Assembly: GCA_944388715.1 (NCBI GenBank) | Contig: CALXJV010000001.1 | Location: 1 to 47,717 of the forward strand | Source of the DNA: an uncultured Clostridia bacterium | GTDB taxonomy: Bacteria; Bacillota; Clostridia; TANB77; CAG-508 | DNA: 47,717 bases | Direction of reading: 5' to 3' | Part shown: one piece after another, positions 45,064-47,717 of the stretch | Numbering within the stretch: position 1 is the stretch's first letter | Layout of the letters: the number at the start of each line of letters is the position of its first letter | The notes under the pieces: generated by a model | Seen by the model: the letters and a program-made list of their open reading frames with translations, nothing else | What the model was told of the DNA's origin: nothing | Database searches by the model: none | Translations under genes and position numbers: made by a program

Positions 45064-45740
45064 AGTTCATACCCACCTTTTTTATCGTCTTTTATTATTT
45101 CACCTTTTCTAATATGAATAACTCTTTTTTTCATTTTGTCTACTATATCCTTAGCATGTGTTGCAACAACTACTGTTGTACCTCTCATATTGATATCATT
45201 TAATAAATTCATTATATCCCATGCTGTATCTGGATCCAAGTTTCCTGTAGGCTCATCTGCAATTAACATTGATGGATTATTAACTAAAGCCCTTGCTAAT
45301 GCCACTCTTTGTTGCTCTCCTCCTGATAATTCATTTGGATACATTTTTGCTTTTCCACTTAATCCAACTAATGAAAGTACCATTGGAACTTGTCTTCTGA
45401 TATGTCTTGGTGTTGCTCTTACAATATACATTGCATAAGCTACATTGTCATATACTGTTTTATCTGGTAAAAGTCTGAAATCTTGAAATACAACTCCCAT
45501 ACTTCTTCTTAAATATGGAATTCTGTTTGGTTTCAAAAATGTTGTGTCTTTTCCATTGATTATAATGTTTCCTGATGTTGGCTCTTCTTCTTTTAGAATT
45601 AATTTTATTAATGTTGATTTACCACTTCCTGAAGACCCAACTAAAAAAGCAAATTCACCTTTGTCTATTCTGAAATTTGCATTTTTTACTGCTTTAGTTC
45701 CTGTATCATATGTTTTTGTAACATTCCTAAATTCTATCAT
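45060..45740 (-). CDS. ftsE: cell division ATP-binding protein FtsE
   Basis: Walker A GSSGSGKST, ABC signature LSGGEQQR and Walker B LIADEPTGNLD. Confidence 0.93.
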   Translation of the reverse strand: MIEFRNVTKTYDTGTKAVKNANFRIDKGEFAFLVGSSGSGKSTLIKLILKEEEPTSGNIIINGKDTTFLKPNRIPYLRRSMGVVFQDFRLLPDKTVYDNVAYAMYIVRATPRHIRRQVPMVLSLVGLSGKAKMYPNELSGGEQQRVALARALVNNPSMLIADEPTGNLDPDTAWDIMNLLNDINMRGTTVVVATHAKDIVDKMKKRVIHIRKGEIIKDDKKGGYEL

Positions 45741-45841
45741 CTTTTGCTCTCCTTATTTATTTTTTTGCATAATATTCTATTATATACTTTGTTCTATCTA
45801 ATCATAACAATAAAGAATAAAATTTGCAATAGTTTTTATGT

Positions 45842-45890
45842 AAAAAAATGATAGAAATTGTTGGTTTTTTTACAATTTCTATCATTTTTC
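45842..45890 (-). terminator. terminator between the antitoxin-like gene and ftsE
   Basis: 15-bp stem aatgatagaaattgt / acaatttctatcatt with T-runs on both strands. Confidence 0.6.
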
Positions 45891-45979
45891 TTCATTTTTC
45901 TTTATTTTCAAAAATTCACACAAAATTCACATAACAGTAAAACGACCTGACCCAACTTTTTGCTAAGTGAATAGTCTTT

Positions 45980-46210
45980 TTATGCAACTTTTTCTGTATA
46001 ATTAATTACTGTAATCTCTGTAATTGCATTTCTTACTGAATTTACTAGTTTTTCCAATTGTTTTGCAACCTCATTACTATATGATACTTCTCCGCATTGT
46101 TTACATACTTGAGATGGCACATTTTTAATAATAATAATACAATTATCTAATTCAACCATAAATGTTGTATTTTTATTTTCTAAATCTCCTTTACACATAA
46201 AACAATTCAT
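45980..46210 (-). CDS. YgiT-type zinc-finger protein (MqsA-N-terminal-like antitoxin domain)
   Basis: 76 aa with CFMC...CKQCGE zinc-ribbon pairs, in the usual position directly downstream of a DUF4258-type toxin gene. Confidence 0.7.
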   Translation of the reverse strand: MNCFMCKGDLENKNTTFMVELDNCIIIIKNVPSQVCKQCGEVSYSNEVAKQLEKLVNSVRNAITEITVINYTEKVA

Positions 46211-46211
46211 A

Positions 46212-46376
46212 TTACTTTTTCCCCTTTCTTTTTTTCAAGTCCTCTTCCCATTTTATATTATCTGGATAATATGCAGTAATTATCCATAGTTCTATTTCAT
46301 TTAGTCCACATACTATATGTAAAACTTCATCATTTAAATTTATTCCATATACTAAACAACTTGGATATTTTTTATC
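46212..46376 (-). pseudogene. N-terminally truncated DUF4258-type toxin remnant
   Basis: My own translation of the minus strand gives DKKYPSCLVYGINLNDEVLHIVCGLNEIELWIITAYYPDNIKWEEDLKKRKGKK*. This is the C-terminal ~2/3 of the family pattern (from memory). A TAA lies immediately upstream and there is no start codon. The stop is 1 nt before the antitoxin ATG. Confidence 0.6.
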
Positions 46377-46388
46377 TTACTTTTTGTC

Positions 46389-46916
46389 TCAACCTAGCTC
46401 ATTTTGTCTAACTTGTTTTGGTTGACGAAAGATATTTAAAATCTTATCTAATATTTTTTGCCAAAAATGTTTCTTTTTAGGTATATAAATTTGCATTTCT
46501 GTACATTCATCTTGATTTTGTTCTTGCATTTTCTCATCTTCTAAAATTTCATCTTGATTTTGCAATAATGCTCTCTTATCTTCTTCACTTATAGTTTGTT
46601 GTCCACAAGAAAGTAATTCATCTTGTATTGTATTATTTGATCTATTTTCAGGATTTATACCTACTTGTTTATAATTTTCAGAGTCCAAATAATTCATAAT
46701 TTCTGTTTGTAATAACATAATTTCACTTAAAAATTCTATTGGCTGTGTCTGATTATCTGATATATCTTTTCTTATTTCTTCTACTCTTTTTAAAATCCAA
46801 TCAGCTTTCTCTTTGTCAACTTTCTCAATTTCCTCCGCTTTTTGATAAATATTTGCCAAACTATTCATAATTGAATTTTGTATTTTATTTACTTTTTCAT
46901 CTTTTTTATCTTCCAT
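46389..46916 (-). CDS. hypothetical acidic protein
   Basis: 175-aa Glu/Asp/Gln-rich ORF with no TM segment and no recognisable family. Confidence 0.45.
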   Translation of the reverse strand: MEDKKDEKVNKIQNSIMNSLANIYQKAEEIEKVDKEKADWILKRVEEIRKDISDNQTQPIEFLSEIMLLQTEIMNYLDSENYKQVGINPENRSNNTIQDELLSCGQQTISEEDKRALLQNQDEILEDEKMQEQNQDECTEMQIYIPKKKHFWQKILDKILNIFRQPKQVRQNELG

Positions 46917-46984
46917 ATCTTTTTCTTATTCCTTTCCTTTTCATTTGTATTTTTACTATATTTTAGCACTTCTAGCTCAACCTT

Positions 46985-47717
46985 TTAATTGTCCTCTTTT
47001 ATAGTTTTTATGATTGCAGAACTTGTCAATCCAAAATACTTCATCAATTCCACTGCATTTCCTGATTTTCCAAAGGTATCTTTTATTCCCATTCTAATTA
47101 ATTTGCATGGATATTCTTCTGTTAAAACTTCTGCTATTGCACTTCCCAATCCTCCAATAATACTGTGATCTTCAATTGAAATCAATTTCTTCGTTTCTTT
47201 TGCGGATTTTATAATCATTTCTTTATCAATTGGCTTAATAGTATGAACATCTACAACTCTGATGTGTATTCCTTCTTTTTCTAGTTCTTCCTTGGCTTTT
47301 AATGCTTCTGATACTGTTACTCCTGTTGCAAATACTGTTGCAGTTGTTCCTTCTCCAATTTGAACAGCTTTTCCTATTTCAAATTTTTGGTCATTCTCAT
47401 AAATAATAGGTGTAGCAAGTCTTGCAAGTCTCACATATACTGGTCCTTCTATTTTTGATATTTCTTCTATAGCCCATTTTGTTTCCACATCATCAGATAC
47501 TGACATTACTGTCATATTTGGTAATGTTCTCATTAATGATATATCTTCTAACATTTGATGTGTTGCTCCATCTTCTCCTACTGTAATTCCACAATGTGTA
47601 GCACATATCTTCACATTTAATTTGGGATAACAAATACTTGAACGTATCTGGTCATAAGCTCTTCCTGCTGAAAAAACTGCAAATGTACTTACATATGGAA
47701 TTTTTCCACAAGTTGAC
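46985..47717 (-). CDS. transketolase, C-terminal (pyrimidine-binding plus C-terminal domain) subunit; 5' end outside the window
   Basis: The frame stays open to the window edge (STCGKIPYVSTFAVFSAGRAYDQIRSSICYPKLNVKICATHCGITVGEDGATHQ). The split transketolase organisation is typical of Clostridia. Confidence 0.9.
   Translation of the reverse strand, partial: STCGKIPYVSTFAVFSAGRAYDQIRSSICYPKLNVKICATHCGITVGEDGATHQMLEDISLMRTLPNMTVMSVSDDVETKWAIEEISKIEGPVYVRLARLATPIIYENDQKFEIGKAVQIGEGTTATVFATGVTVSEALKAKEELEKEGIHIRVVDVHTIKPIDKEMIIKSAKETKKLISIEDHSIIGGLGSAIAEVLTEEYPCKLIRMGIKDTFGKSGNAVELMKYFGLTSSAIIKTIKEDN

Overview
This window is a low-GC, Clostridia-like Firmicutes chromosomal segment, and almost every gene lies on the minus strand. 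All calls come from reading the ORF translations and the DNA by eye; no searches were run. From left to right it contains:
- **Left edge:** the 3' two-thirds of a large serine recombinase gene (1..1104), next to a broken feoB. The feoB has a frameshift and is cut off after its third or so transmembrane segment, then joined to an unrelated hydrophobic tail.
- **Housekeeping genes:** feoA, asd, a small membrane protein and glmM.
- **Polysaccharide locus (about 6.8-32.4 kb):** a co-directional Wzx/Wzy-type locus of roughly 25 kb. It holds the initiating sugar-phosphate transferase, GT4 and GT2 glycosyltransferases, three pyruvyl transferases each matched with an FrhB-like Fe-S protein (one pair fused), two flippases, an acyltransferase, an EpsG/Wzy polymerase, a membrane-anchored glycoside hydrolase with a dockerin, manA, a sortase with its substrate, and a CpsC/CpsD/CpsB-type tyrosine-kinase module.
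- **After the locus:** VanZ, an orphan tandem-repeat coiled-coil protein, argS, deoD, greA, pgsA and an S41 C-terminal processing protease.
- **Division cluster:** three tandem coiled-coil M23 peptidases downstream of ftsE-ftsX.
- **Right edge:** a decayed DUF4258/zinc-finger toxin-antitoxin pair, an acidic hypothetical protein and a partial transketolase C-terminal subunit.

No rRNA, tRNA or CRISPR array was seen.

The most interesting signals are:
1. The three-fold recurrence of pyruvyl transferase plus FrhB-like oxidoreductase, with an A10 tract at the joint of the fused copy.
2. A palindromic intergenic element present twice, with compensatory arm changes. One copy carries a nested ~97-bp insertion with a GC-rich hairpin core.
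3. The broken feoB beside the recombinase gene.
4. The tripled, apparently catalytically intact M23 partners of FtsEX.
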